DNA of 64,000 bases from a virus (IMGVR_UViG_3300031555_004454:3916-67915); one strand, 5' to 3'. Positions 28,501 to 39,690 are shown, counted from the stretch's first letter. The notes: generated by a model not told the origin, from the letters alone. Program-made: numbers and translations.

Positions 28501-31500
28501 ATGAGATGTTGATGAGTCGAGATAGTTGAATACTTCCGATAACAAGGCTTCGTGTCTTCGAGAGGTGTTTTCATCGTATTTGTCAGGAGTGTGTGTGTTT
28601 ACATAAGAATCATAGTCTATTCCGGCGTCATTTGCACGACCATATTTTTTTTGCAAGCTCTCTATAGCTTTCGTGCTTGGTTTCTGTGCTTTTGCTAAAA
28701 TTGAAATAAATTCTTTCAGCAATTCATTATAGCTTGACTCAATATCCTTGCAAATAGCCTCTGCAATTTCTGTTTTGTTTTTTATTTGTTCTGTTTTGTT
28801 TTTTATTTTTTCTGTTAACCCTTCAATACTCTTCTGATATATTGCGTCCATATCTGAAAACTGGTTAGAAGACAATGATATTTTGTCTGTTTTTTTAGAA
28901 CTAATTCTCTTATTTATGTGTAAGTTATTTAAATAATCAGTGTCTTGCGATAATTCAGATATCTCTTTTATAACGTTTTTTATCTCTGTATATTTGGCTT
29001 TCAAATTCTCAATTCTCTTCAATCTCTCATTATATAATGTCGGGTCTTTAGAATCGTAATGCACACTTTCGATATCATTATATTCCTTAACAAGTGCCTC
29101 AAGCTGCTTCTTTTTTTCAGTTAATTCGACATCACTTGCTAAAATAGGCTCATTTTGAACATTATCTTTGATTTCTACAGCTGTAGCTTCATCAACAGCA
29201 TCTTGAAGATTCTTTCCACTTGCTGCAACTTCGTTTACTTGCTTGTCTAAATTTTCTGCAATAGGAGATGTTTTAGGCAAATTGTTTCCTATCTCTGCGA
29301 TATCGGTTTTTCTCGCTATGTCTTCCAAAGCTTTTTTAAGATCGTCCGAAGTTATGCCACTTGATAGGTTTTCTATTTTATTTTTTATATCAGGCAAGTC
29401 AATGGTATTATTGCAAAGATTTTTGATGCTCTCAGATAAATTGTTGATTTTCTGCGTAAGTTCAGCGAGTCCTTCTACGTCATTCAAGCTTTTAATGATA
29501 TCTTCTATAGAATGTAGTTTATTATAGAAATCATCAAGCTTATCAGAGTCAAGAGTTTTATTTTTTACTTCTGTTGCGGCTTCTTTCAGAATCTTTTCTC
29601 CATTGGCAGTTAAAGTTTCGATATAATGGAGCTGATCTTGAGATAAAACAACGCCTACAGTACTTAGCTGATTTTCTGACTGCTCTGTTCCATCATATAT
29701 ATCTTTGAATAGAATACTGTCATACAAATGTTGTCCATTAACATCTTTGGCTTGCTTCGCATATTCTACAAAATCATCTGTGGAATGAATACCGTAAGGA
29801 TTTGTTGGGTTGTTGCTTATTGCGAGATAATCTTTTTTCGCTTGTTCAAAATTTGCAATTTGTTTTTCAATTTTTTGTCTTTCGCCATTTGAAAAATTGC
29901 CGATATCTTTTACAATTGAGCTGAAATTTTTAGAAATAGCGTTCAATTGCTGATCTGTTGGTTTGAATTTTTTTATATCAACCCCTGTGAGTTCTACAAT
30001 CTTTGATAACTTTTCTAAAGATGACTCCATTTTCCAACGAGCAGAAGAAATCTCTTGTGACGCTTCATCTGTGTTGTTCCCAAGATATTCTATCTCACGC
30101 CAACTCGAACGATCTCCGTCGATTTCCCAAGTTTTTTTTGCAATGATTTTAGCTTTTTCAATCTTTCCTTTTCCATCCGAACCCGCATATGCTTTAGATG
30201 CAACTTCCAGATTATCTGTCAAAAATACAGCTCCGCCATATCCAGTTGAGAAAGTCCCATTTCCCATCATTCCGTTTACACCACGATACCAAATCTTTTC
30301 AGTACCATCTTCGTTTGTAATATATGGTGTATTTCCTTGTGAAAATTTTGGGACGATATCTTTTCCATAAATCTGCGATAAAGCTTCTACAAAACCATTT
30401 ACAGTCGCTGTTAACTCTGCAAATTTTTCTTCAATCTTAATTATATTACTGTTTGAATTAAAACTGTCAATAATCTTTGATAACTGTTCGGCATAGCTAT
30501 GCGCCTCTCTTAATGTTTTAGCGTCAATTTTAGCACGCATATCCTCATCAATTTTATTATTAACCTTTTTTATATCTTCTTTTAATTCGTTGAGATTATT
30601 CTGTACACCTTCGGGAGTTTCCGTTTCCAGCTTATTTACCCTCTCGGTCAAATCTTCAATCAGAGATCTCAACTCTTCGATTTCTGCACTCGACGCATCA
30701 CCATCTCCGTTTCCTAAGCTGTTGAATCCAGATGATTTTCCGCCTGCAAACCCTATGAAGTCATGATTTCTGATTTCCTCTGCTTGAAGCATATATGAGT
30801 AGGTATTTTTTGCTTGTTCTTCGACATCTTTCAATCCGTCTTGTTCTTTTTTTAACTTCGATATTATTAATTCTTTTTGTTTGATGAGTTTATCCATAGA
30901 AATTGTGCTACCATCTTCTAATTTAAAATTATCTAATACTTCTTTTTTAGATGATTTTTCTATTACAGACAGACGACTGGCGTTCTCTATCACTGAATTA
31001 ACTGCTTTTAGTTGAGATAATAAATCTTCTTTGCTTGCAGCATTGTTTATCTTTTTTGCAGCAATCTCTAAATTATCAAATATCTCATCTGTAAGTTTTC
31101 CCCAGAATTCAATATTATTAGATTCAGCTATCGCTTTAGCATCATCGCTAAAAGTAATATTAAATTTTTTTAAACTATCAGGTTCTGCTCCAATTACTTT
31201 GTACATTTCCTCAATATCAGAATAAACAGATCTTATTTCATACATCGTATTAAGATAATCGTCTAATTGATTATTTTGAGATAGCAACGTTGCAAGATCT
31301 TCGTTATCTTTTGCTTTGAATTTATTCCATTTAGATGCTAATTCTTCAAGTCTTTTTTCTCCTTCTTTAATCTTAGCTTCAAATTCGCCGACATTTATCA
31401 GATTAGAATCATCTATTATAGGATTAAACCCTTTTGCGAAAGACTTGAGTTGTAATGTAATGCCATTTAGTATTTTAGTTATATTTTCGTCTGTTGTTTT

Positions 31501-32172
31501 ATGGCTCCACATTTCAGTTAAGTTTATTTTTTTATCTTCTGCTGACTCTTGAATCTTTTCAAGTACATTAGAAGGAATAACTTTTTCGATACTCCTAACT
31601 TTTTTACCCGTTAATTTTGCGGTAATAGTCTCAAGGTTTACATACGCATCAATGAGTTTTTCTATACCCTTTCCCTCTTTTTTAAAAGAATCAAAGGCAA
31701 TCTGCGTTCTTTCTTTAAAATACTCCTTTACGGAATCTCCGCTCGATTTAGTTAGAGAATCGAAAAAATCATCTTTAGATGAAGACTTTACAGAATTTTT
31801 ATATTCCTTTATTGCGGTATTGTAGCTTTTATGAATTTCGTTTACTGCATTTTTTATCTCTTGTCCGTCTATTTTTATTGTAGGAAGTTGAAATTTGTCT
31901 AATTGAGTTTTGTCTATATGTTTTACTTCTGAAATAATCTTGTTTAAAAAATCGCTGTATATTTCAAGATTGCGTATATTAAATGCTTTTGCCGATGAAT
32001 CTTTAATGTTTCCAAGTTCATCGACTATTTTTTTCTGTTTTTCAGAAAAATCGTTAAACATTTTTTCTAATTGCGATATACTTCCAGCTTGATTTATCGC
32101 ATTTTTATAATTTTTTGCCACATCATCAACATTGACCTTAATATCAACAGGCACTACTACGCTATTACCCAT
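25510..32172 (-). CDS. Tape-measure protein, exon 1 (2,221 codons)
   Basis: C-terminal part has TP901-type core (ELDTGMTNLKRVS...TTGFSRLGY...FNKLGNEFAVSSAQIG); position after tail genes. Confidence 0.9.
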
Positions 32173-32195
32173 TTTGCATTACCTCCTATAGTTCA

Positions 32196-32220
32196 AAAGG
32201 GTAACAGCGTGTTACCCTTT
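32196..32220 (-). terminator. Hairpin/terminator upstream of tape-measure gene
   Basis: aaagggtaac-agcgt-gttacccttt inverted repeat. Confidence 0.55.
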
Positions 32221-32461
32221 ATTCATTTATTTTTTCAATAATATTGTGAAAAATATCATCCGTGTCACCATCTGCAGTGATAATGACAACATCTCCCTGT
32301 GTTAACTTTGCAGATAGCAAACCAAGAATACTTTTTCCGTTAACTCGTTTGTCTCCTTTAGTAATCCATAAATTACAAGGATACTGCGAAATAGCATAAA
32401 CAAAATTTGCTGCTTGTCTTCCACCGATATCTCTTGTTAGCGTTACACTTTCCTGAATCAT
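32219..32461 (-). CDS. HPr-family phosphocarrier-like protein lacking His15
   Basis: RQAANFV...KRVNGKSILGLLSAKLTQGDVVIITADG; Ser46 motif kept, GLHARP His absent. Confidence 0.8.
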   Translation of the reverse strand: MIQESVTLTRDIGGRQAANFVYAISQYPCNLWITKGDKRVNGKSILGLLSAKLTQGDVVIITADGDTDDIFHNIIEKINE

Positions 32462-32475
32462 AGTCTCACCTCGAT

Positions 32476-33687
32476 TCAATCAAGCATATCCGCAAGAGCT
32501 GCGGTTTCGCTTCGTTCTGTCTTTTTCAATGTAACTGTCGCAAATTTTACATTTCCTTTAAGCTTGTCCACGAGAACTGATAAGCCATTATTCTTCTCAA
32601 ATACCTTATCGTCGATTTGTTTATTGTCACCATTGATCCATAACGTAGAACCTTCAGCTACTCTTCCGATAAGGAGTTGTATATGCTCTTTAGTCATATT
32701 CTCGCTTTCGGAACAATATATAATACTGTTTGTGATGTTTCTTCCACGAATAAATCCAAGGTGTTGAATCTCAACTTTACTTTGTCCTATAAACATTTCA
32801 AGTCCGCTGACTCCACCTAAATGGTCGGCAAGGGGCATAGCAAAGGGGAGTAGCTTGTTTTTCATATCATCAGGTAAAAAACCTATAGCATTGGTATTCT
32901 TTACTTCAACATTATTTCTCACCCATATGAGCTTATCGTACTTGCCCTGTCTAATTAGTTGTATAGCGTGTGTTACCATCAGATAATCTTTTCCGCTTCC
33001 GAAACACCCCCGAATAACCTTAATAGTTGAATTATCATCCTGCAACATATCGAAACAAAGCTCCTGATGAATATTTCTGGGCTTTACCTTGCCAACAAAA
33101 TCATTTGAAATGGGCTTATATGATATTGATTTATTACACTTCCCGTTCCATTTTATCTTATCGATAACTTCTCCATCGGTATTATATAGTACTGCATACT
33201 GATTCGTCAGAAGCCCAAGAGTGTTTTTAGATGTATTTTCATAAAAATCTGCTATTTCTTCATCTGATGAAAACTGATAATCTATATACCCTTTATAATC
33301 GTCCGCTACTTTCTCGCATACGTTATGTACTGTAAGCTGAAAATACTTTTCTGCAATTAAACCACATAATATATCGTTTGTCACAAACGTCACAGGTTCA
33401 CTTTGGCTATGCCTCCAAGCTGATGCAACAATAAGATTATCGTTAGTTGCCTCAAGTTGTTTGCTTTTTATAATATTGTAATCTTCATCAGTTATAATAA
33501 TTATTTGCGGATTTTGCTGCCTTATAGCTCTGACGGCTATTCTTGCTTTATGTTTTATATCGTCGTCCTTATGAACACTTGTCTTTATACATTCCAGCTC
33601 TTCTATGGATTTTGAGCATATTACAACGTTGTTTAAGTCCGCAGAGTTAACAATCAAAGCGTTAGTGTCATAAAAAAGTTTGCTCAT
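32476..33687 (-). CDS. phoH: PhoH-family ATPase with N-terminal PIN domain
   Basis: YDTNALI PIN motif; GCFGSGKD P-loop, GFLPDD, FIRGRNI, SESENMT, GDNKQID. Confidence 0.88.
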   Translation of the reverse strand: MSKLFYDTNALIVNSADLNNVVICSKSIEELECIKTSVHKDDDIKHKARIAVRAIRQQNPQIIIITDEDYNIIKSKQLEATNDNLIVASAWRHSQSEPVTFVTNDILCGLIAEKYFQLTVHNVCEKVADDYKGYIDYQFSSDEEIADFYENTSKNTLGLLTNQYAVLYNTDGEVIDKIKWNGKCNKSISYKPISNDFVGKVKPRNIHQELCFDMLQDDNSTIKVIRGCFGSGKDYLMVTHAIQLIRQGKYDKLIWVRNNVEVKNTNAIGFLPDDMKNKLLPFAMPLADHLGGVSGLEMFIGQSKVEIQHLGFIRGRNITNSIIYCSESENMTKEHIQLLIGRVAEGSTLWINGDNKQIDDKVFEKNNGLSVLVDKLKGNVKFATVTLKKTERSETAALADMLD

Positions 33688-33702
33688 TGCAAACACTCCT
33701 TT

Positions 33703-34350
33703 TTATTTGTTCTTTAGTATTTTACCAAGTTCATCGTCTATAGATTCGATTATTGAATTTTTTACGAATTTTCGGAACGCTGGCTTTTTCAATTCATTAA
33801 TAGTCGCATCAACAAAAGGAACTTTGTCAAATCTATATTTATCTACATATTCATCCCACGACTTTACATCTGTTGCGCTATTCTCATTCTCTTCCTTAAT
33901 ATCGTCATTTATATATTTTCCTCTGTATTTTGTCAATGCAGGGTGAACAACCATTTTTCCATTCACAATCCAATTAACCAATAAATCGGGTCCTTCTTTG
34001 CGGCTTTTCCATATAGGATCATTAGGTTCGGTAAAGTTATATACATAAAATTTATTATCTTCTTCTGAGAATGGTGAGCTCTTGATAAATATATCGCTTG
34101 ATAATGTGCTTATAAGATGTTTTTTTTCACGATTTAAGCTTGCAATCGCATCTTTATTTTTGCTAAGCTCTACGTTGTTGTTAGGTTTGAATGAATTTCG
34201 CATCATTATTTTTGTTTTCTTTTCCAGCTTTTTTCTAACCTCTGGAGCTATTTTGTCATTAGCTGCCGTCTTTATAGCTCTGTTGATAGCTTTTTTTAGC
34301 TGTTTTTCAAAATCATTTGATTGGATATCAATTTTAACCTTCTTGCCCAC
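33703..34350 (-). CDS. Tail completion-like/hypothetical protein
   Basis: ORF in tail module; position-based. Confidence 0.5.
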   Translation of the reverse strand: MGKKVKIDIQSNDFEKQLKKAINRAIKTAANDKIAPEVRKKLEKKTKIMMRNSFKPNNNVELSKNKDAIASLNREKKHLISTLSSDIFIKSSPFSEEDNKFYVYNFTEPNDPIWKSRKEGPDLLVNWIVNGKMVVHPALTKYRGKYINDDIKEENENSATDVKSWDEYVDKYRFDKVPFVDATINELKKPAFRKFVKNSIIESIDDELGKILKNK

Positions 34351-34738
34351 CTATATCATCTCCACTATTGACCGCTTGGCTTGTCGCAGCTTCATCATTC
34401 ATCGCACATTCAAGTAATGCTTCGACAAAAGTTCCAATCCTTGTATTCCTAATATATTTCTGAATTTTTATATCTATAGCCTCATCAATAACATTATGAA
34501 GGCGGGAGATATAGTCATACTCAAAAAGAGTTCTTCTCAGGTCTGAACTGGAAACAATAGCATATCCATCTTCGACTGAGGTTTCTGCGGTTATCATATC
34601 TGTGCAATGAACCACTATACTATACCAGACAGCAAAATCTCTCATATAGGGCAGATATTCGCCATCCTCAAAACATAATTCTACAGCAAACTCTACGCTT
34701 TTCTGTATTTCTGCAAGTGTTATATTATCTTTAATCAT
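34334..34738 (-). CDS. Hypothetical protein, 134 aa
   Basis: ORF with AGGAG RBS. Confidence 0.55.
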   Translation of the reverse strand: MIKDNITLAEIQKSVEFAVELCFEDGEYLPYMRDFAVWYSIVVHCTDMITAETSVEDGYAIVSSSDLRRTLFEYDYISRLHNVIDEAIDIKIQKYIRNTRIGTFVEALLECAMNDEAATSQAVNSGDDIGGQEG

Positions 34739-34751
34739 AAACGTTCTCCTT

Positions 34752-35192
34752 TTATATTTCTCTTATTTTGCTCTTTTTTTCTTCTCGTTTGAGTTGCTTA
34801 TACTCTTCATAATCTATCCAACCTCCAAACTTTTTTACCCATGTTACCCATTTATAATCAACATCAGGATAGCGATACCAAAATAATTTTCTCTTTAATA
34901 TTGCCACGCTATCAGGACATCCTTTCGTATCTATTACTTCTTCATGCCCATCTTTATAAATAATATAAAAGTCAGCCACATATTTAATGGGCTGAACAGT
35001 TTTATTATCATGTATAAACTTTGGTTGTAGCTCATATGGTTTTTGTAATTCATAATTTACCACATCGCCACTCTTCACTAAAGGACAAAGTATATCACGA
35101 TAATATTTCATTTCTAAAATTGAATCAAAAACAATTCCATCATAAGTTCGTTTTTCAGTATCTTTAGCTACGTTAAATTTTGTTCTTCTCAA
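34752..35192 (-). CDS. DUF1064-family PD-(D/E)xK nuclease-like protein
   Basis: YDGIVFDSILE...ELQKPYELQPKF...YVADF...VIDTKG; start reassigned to TTG 35192 after AAAGGAG. Confidence 0.75.
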   Translation of the reverse strand: MRRTKFNVAKDTEKRTYDGIVFDSILEMKYYRDILCPLVKSGDVVNYELQKPYELQPKFIHDNKTVQPIKYVADFYIIYKDGHEEVIDTKGCPDSVAILKRKLFWYRYPDVDYKWVTWVKKFGGWIDYEEYKQLKREEKKSKIREI

Positions 35193-35294
35193 TATGTTGT
35201 TTCTCCTTTCATTTTTTTGAGGTAATGATTGACCGAGGGGCATAGGAGAAGTCAAATATAAATGGTTGCTTATTTCTCTCACCGTCATTTCTTG

Positions 35295-35336
35295 AAAAAA
35301 ATGGGAGATAAATTTATTCTTGAATTTACCTCCCAT
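35295..35336 (-). terminator. Intrinsic terminator
   Basis: Minus strand ATGGGAGGTAAATT-loop-AATTTATCTCCCAT followed by T-run. Confidence 0.75.
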
Positions 35337-35340
35337 AATT

Positions 35341-35748
35341 TTAGTATTTTCTTTTCTTCTTATTCTTTCTTTCAAAAGAATCAATATCCTCATTCACCAT
35401 ATCAACGATTTCGGATATTGATACGTCAGGATTTTCAGACACATAATCCTTAAGCTCTTCATTGATAGTGTACTCCTCAACCTCGGATAAGGGTTTTTCA
35501 AATACCGCCTCAATTTCAGTAGCCGTCATATCTGTCCTCTCAGGAAGTTTCTCTTCATGAGAAGCACTTCTTGAAAACAAGATAAGTTCAGTATATCTGT
35601 CATAACACTCCCGACTGCAACAATACGCTCTCCAATTTTCCTTGCGAAGGCAAGTCATACAAGCGTAATAGTGCTTTCTTCCGCCGTCAGTTCCGTTTGT
35701 ACATTCGGGGTTGCGGCAAATAGTATTGGGCTGCTTAACTGTTGCCAT
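35341..35748 (-). CDS. Cys-rich hypothetical protein, 135 aa
   Basis: CRNPEC...YACMTC...YCCSREC cluster. Confidence 0.6.
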   Translation of the reverse strand: MATVKQPNTICRNPECTNGTDGGRKHYYACMTCLRKENWRAYCCSRECYDRYTELILFSRSASHEEKLPERTDMTATEIEAVFEKPLSEVEEYTINEELKDYVSENPDVSISEIVDMVNEDIDSFERKNKKKRKY

Positions 35749-35776
35749 AGCATATCACCGTCCTTTCTGTCGTAAT

Positions 35777-35800
35777 AAGAGGGGCTATTACACCCCTCTT
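35777..35800 (-). terminator. Hairpin downstream of major tail gene
   Basis: aagagggg-ctattaca-cccctctt inverted repeat. Confidence 0.55.
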
Positions 35801-35813
35801 ACTCATATTCAGA

Positions 35814-36608
35814 TTAGTCCTGATATACGATGAACTCAAAGAGCTCGGAATCAGCACCTGCACATACATCAACGAGTGTGTTGATGGTGAACTCCTGAAC
35901 AGTCTGGTCGCCGCCCATAGAGATAGAGAACTCGCCAGAGAACTGACCTCTGGGAATTACAAACTGACACTTGTACTCATTGTCACAGATGTCGGTACCG
36001 ATACAGTCAACATATACCTTAAGAGTCTTGCCGAAGATATCGGACTTATTGACAATCTTAGAACCGTCAGCCTCATAATCATAGAAAGCTACAAGTCTTA
36101 CATCAGAAGCAGCAGCAATGTCTGTGGGAAGCGCAATGGTCTTTGTTTCAGGATCATATGTAAACTCTGTTTCAGATACAGCAGCACCCTGAGTGTACTT
36201 CTTGCCGAGAGCGCCGTTAGAAGTAAGCTCACAGAGAGTTACGATTTCAGCACCTGTCTCGCCAACAGCCTTAAAGGAAGTTGTGGCGGTAGTCGAACCC
36301 TTAGTGATATCGAGAATATCAGGCTTTCTAACCTTAGTCTTGTCGCTGGACTCAACCTCAGAGCCAGTCTGAGCAGCCATAAGGTCTCCGCAGATAAGAG
36401 CAGATGTACCTGTTACAGTAGTTGCCTTATTCTTCTTAATCTGCTTAAGGAGTCTGTCGCCCTTTCCTGTAATATCCTGAGTATCCTCGGAGTTCTCAAT
36501 GTTTGTCTCCTGAAGCTCATCAAGATAAAGCTCACATACGCCTGTCTGACGATTGTATGCATGGATGGTTTCAAGAGAGGTAATAGTAAATCCATTGATA
36601 GTTACCAT
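35814..36608 (-). CDS. Major tail (tube) protein
   Basis: Highly biased codon usage, beta-rich 264 aa, position between tail terminator genes and tape measure. Confidence 0.75.
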   Translation of the reverse strand: MVTINGFTITSLETIHAYNRQTGVCELYLDELQETNIENSEDTQDITGKGDRLLKQIKKNKATTVTGTSALICGDLMAAQTGSEVESSDKTKVRKPDILDITKGSTTATTSFKAVGETGAEIVTLCELTSNGALGKKYTQGAAVSETEFTYDPETKTIALPTDIAAASDVRLVAFYDYEADGSKIVNKSDIFGKTLKVYVDCIGTDICDNEYKCQFVIPRGQFSGEFSISMGGDQTVQEFTINTLVDVCAGADSELFEFIVYQD

Positions 36609-36656
36609 AATGTTTGTCTCCTTTCAAAAAAATAAGACGGCAAGCCGTCTTGTGAT

Positions 36657-37421
36657 TTATTCGTAATCAAGCCAATTTAGCTTGTTACCTAATTGCTTTG
36701 CATTTACTGTGCCCGCATAAACACCGTGATATAGGTTGTCCACCTGATATTTTTTCACGATTTGTTTGAGACTGCACATAAAATTATAAACGGTCAAATC
36801 TTCAACCGTCTCATAATTATATTTAAAATTTTCGTGATTAACCAACGCAATAATCTGCTTATCAAATCGGGAAGTATAATTCCTTCTTTTTCTTCTCTTC
36901 GCTTTTGTTTTCTGTCTTTCGATAATGTAGTCACGGGCTGTTTTATCTCCGGGCTTTCGTCTTACTTTGTCAATTGAATGCATAGTGCAAAAAATTGTAG
37001 AAAGCTGCATATAAATAAACTCGTCAATGATTATATCGTGTTCGGCATCGTATAGAATAGGAAGCTCATTTACTTCATTTATTGAAACCTCAAAGTCAGC
37101 AAGATTGATGTTTTCAAAAAGCAAGTGAGATTTTCTTCTAAGAACATCGGAAGAATCTTTTATCATACCACTGAACAGCATCAGAAACGTCGTAAAATCT
37201 GACCAAGTTGTAAAATCTATTCCCATTTCGTCAAGTTCAACCATAATATCCGAAGATGTCGATGAGAATAAATTCACAATAGAATATACTTCTTCTTCAT
37301 CTTTATCGGTTCCGTGTGCAATAGGGGAGTCTCCCCGTATTTCTTTAATCGTTGGAATATGTACGGTTATCTTGTCATTAACGACAAATTTCTTCTTGTT
37401 CAACAAACTTACATCGCTCAT
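36657..37421 (-). CDS. Hypothetical tail-module protein, 254 aa
   Basis: Operon position. Confidence 0.55.
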   Translation of the reverse strand: MSDVSLLNKKKFVVNDKITVHIPTIKEIRGDSPIAHGTDKDEEEVYSIVNLFSSTSSDIMVELDEMGIDFTTWSDFTTFLMLFSGMIKDSSDVLRRKSHLLFENINLADFEVSINEVNELPILYDAEHDIIIDEFIYMQLSTIFCTMHSIDKVRRKPGDKTARDYIIERQKTKAKRRKRRNYTSRFDKQIIALVNHENFKYNYETVEDLTVYNFMCSLKQIVKKYQVDNLYHGVYAGTVNAKQLGNKLNWLDYE

Positions 37422-37900
37422 ATTTTACACCTACTGTTATTCAAATCATCAGCCGCAAATGTCATTATTCGACATCTGTGTTTTGTGCTGATTGCTTCTG
37501 CTACGTTACTAATCAGTTGAAGAGGACTCTTTCCGATTTTCTCATAGCCGTTAAATAAACTGTCTATATGAGCTGCAATAAGGTCATTTCTCACACCGCC
37601 CGTCACGTCATCTGTCGGCATAAGCCTCTCATGCGATACAATATAAAAAGTAATCGTCAGCTGTTTAAAAAGGTAGTTTCTATTACTGTACACCTTCGGT
37701 ACATCTACTTCAAAAGCGATAAATGTAATTTCTTCTTCGGGTGCGTTAGGGTATCGGATAAAATTAAAAATATTCTTACCGATAAGCTCTTCGGGCTCTT
37801 CAATCTCAGTATTATTTATCAACTCCACGATTTCGGGGCAGTTTATCAGCATCGAGCCTATCTGCTGTTTGTAAGTAATAATTTCAAAAGAATTAGCCAT
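37418..37900 (-). CDS. Tail terminator-like protein
   Basis: Size and position in head-tail joining block. Confidence 0.5.
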   Translation of the reverse strand: MANSFEIITYKQQIGSMLINCPEIVELINNTEIEEPEELIGKNIFNFIRYPNAPEEEITFIAFEVDVPKVYSNRNYLFKQLTITFYIVSHERLMPTDDVTGGVRNDLIAAHIDSLFNGYEKIGKSPLQLISNVAEAISTKHRCRIMTFAADDLNNSRCKI

Positions 37901-38927
37901 ACAAGCTCACCACCTTAATAACGAGCTTTGAAACTATCGAACCGTCACCATTACTTGCTTCGAGAAGTATCTGATCTCCTATCATAGCGAGAATATTATC
38001 AGATTTAATTTTTATAGTATTCCCTGATGTAATTGTTTTGAAATACTTATCGTATTCAGGCTTGATTGTAGTGATCTTCCAAGTCGGAATTTCGGCTGTT
38101 TCTGCACCATTGCTGTCGGTAAATGTAGCTGTAAAAGTCTTATAGCTACCTCCGACTTTGATTTCAGGTTCGCCTCTGTACGATATATTGCAATTGCCCT
38201 GTGATACAATTTGCTCTCCAATAGAAGAGGGATCAACATAATCTGCAATCATAAGCTCACAATTATCCTTTTCGCTAAGCTGAGTCTGAGAGAATGTCAG
38301 GGTCAGAATTTTATCCCTTCCATCGAATTCTTTATCGGTAATATCTCCGGCAGTCCAGTTGCCGCTTATTACATTTCTTCCCGTCAGTATATAAGCGTTA
38401 GGTTCGTCAGTCACTATGTCCATCAGAAATCTTTTATCACGGCGAAGCTTTATAGTTTCTTCGTCACAAGGGAATTTTATTACAAATATCTGTTCAATAC
38501 CCATCATAACTTTTGCTTCGATTTCTCCTGATGCGAATTGACTGATATCTTCGGAGAAGCCGTATCTTCCAACTATTTCACCTTTTTCATTCTGCCATTT
38601 CAAGTAAACGTTGCACCTGTACATATCACCACTCTGATATACTTCATCTTCTACGTCAGTGTCGGTTATTATGAAATGAGAATTATTCCATTCAACAATG
38701 CTGCCCATATATATTTTTTCATCAGGCAACGCATTGATTTTTTTGTGATATTTTTCTGTGGATGAGGTTATAACGAGTTTTTGTGGCTCGCCGTCAACAA
38801 GCACATCTTTATACGAAGGTGAACGGACAGCACGTTTACTGATAGACCGCTTTGTCTCGAAGATCGCACGATCTCTTCTTGTTTCGCCTTTTACTGTTAA
38901 AAGAGAATTATATAACGACCAGTCCAT
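37893..38927 (-). CDS. Head closure/head-tail joining protein with C-terminal Ig-like part
   Basis: Position; CNVYLKWQNEKG motif seen in SPbeta-like neck proteins (from memory of family). Confidence 0.55.
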   Translation of the reverse strand: MDWSLYNSLLTVKGETRRDRAIFETKRSISKRAVRSPSYKDVLVDGEPQKLVITSSTEKYHKKINALPDEKIYMGSIVEWNNSHFIITDTDVEDEVYQSGDMYRCNVYLKWQNEKGEIVGRYGFSEDISQFASGEIEAKVMMGIEQIFVIKFPCDEETIKLRRDKRFLMDIVTDEPNAYILTGRNVISGNWTAGDITDKEFDGRDKILTLTFSQTQLSEKDNCELMIADYVDPSSIGEQIVSQGNCNISYRGEPEIKVGGSYKTFTATFTDSNGAETAEIPTWKITTIKPEYDKYFKTITSGNTIKIKSDNILAMIGDQILLEASNGDGSIVSKLVIKVVSLYG

Positions 38928-38932
38928 TTACA

Positions 38933-39253
38933 TCACCTCGCAAAATACTTATATTTCAGCTTATCTATAATGTTAATACACTTGAATATTTCTTTTTTGC
39001 AAAAAACAATATTAGTGCAATTCATTATAGATTCCAACGAGCATATCACCTTAAGATATCTTCCGTCATTATTTATAACGTCAACGATATTTTTGAAGCC
39101 TACCATTTCCGATATAAGACTTGATATATATTCTTCTACAGTCGGATTATTCTCCTCCTTTAACGGGAGAATTTTAAAAATCCCATCAATCAATATACTC
39201 ATATAGTTCTCGCACAATTGTTCAGATATAGGTTTATATTTTGTATGAATCAT
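38933..39253 (-). CDS. Hypothetical protein, 106 aa
   Basis: Operon position. Confidence 0.55.
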   Translation of the reverse strand: MIHTKYKPISEQLCENYMSILIDGIFKILPLKEENNPTVEEYISSLISEMVGFKNIVDVINNDGRYLKVICSLESIMNCTNIVFCKKEIFKCINIIDKLKYKYFAR

Positions 39254-39690
39254 ACCTTGTTCAACTCCGCAATATCGTTGTGTGAAAAAGTGTAATTATT
39301 GATTGCTGTTTTAGAATTTTTCTCGCTCATCTGAAATACATACCTTATATGTTCGATAAGTTTGGCAGGGGAGTACTCTGAAAAATCTTTCGTATTCATT
39401 CTGCTTTCAAGAAGTTCATCTGAATATATCTGGGGTTTAAGCCATTCTGTAATCATACATTCGGCTATGATATCGATCAAATCATCATCGATGTCCGATG
39501 GGAACTCTTTGAGGTCGTCATCTCTTGTCAAATCTGCATACGCTTTGACTTTCTTATTGATTTTTCTGCATACAGATACCATATACATATTAAGAATATC
39601 TTCACGGTCTTCTGTCAGCAGGCTGAGAAGGTCATAGCCTTTTACTTTGAATATAAAAGCTTCATATATTTCAGAATAAGAGGTTGCCAT
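39250..39690 (-). CDS. Head-tail adaptor-like protein
   Basis: Helical 146 aa protein two genes after capsid. Confidence 0.55.
   Translation of the reverse strand: MATSYSEIYEAFIFKVKGYDLLSLLTEDREDILNMYMVSVCRKINKKVKAYADLTRDDDLKEFPSDIDDDLIDIIAECMITEWLKPQIYSDELLESRMNTKDFSEYSPAKLIEHIRYVFQMSEKNSKTAINNYTFSHNDIAELNKV

Noticed and set aside
26942-28504. 302-aa and 207-aa plus-strand ORFs within tape-measure exon 1
   Set aside because: Ser/Leu/Phe-rich antisense shadows of a Lys/Glu-rich gene
35193-35393. N-terminal 67 aa of the 213-aa ORF
   Set aside because: Spans a terminator hairpin; a better TTG start with RBS is at 35192
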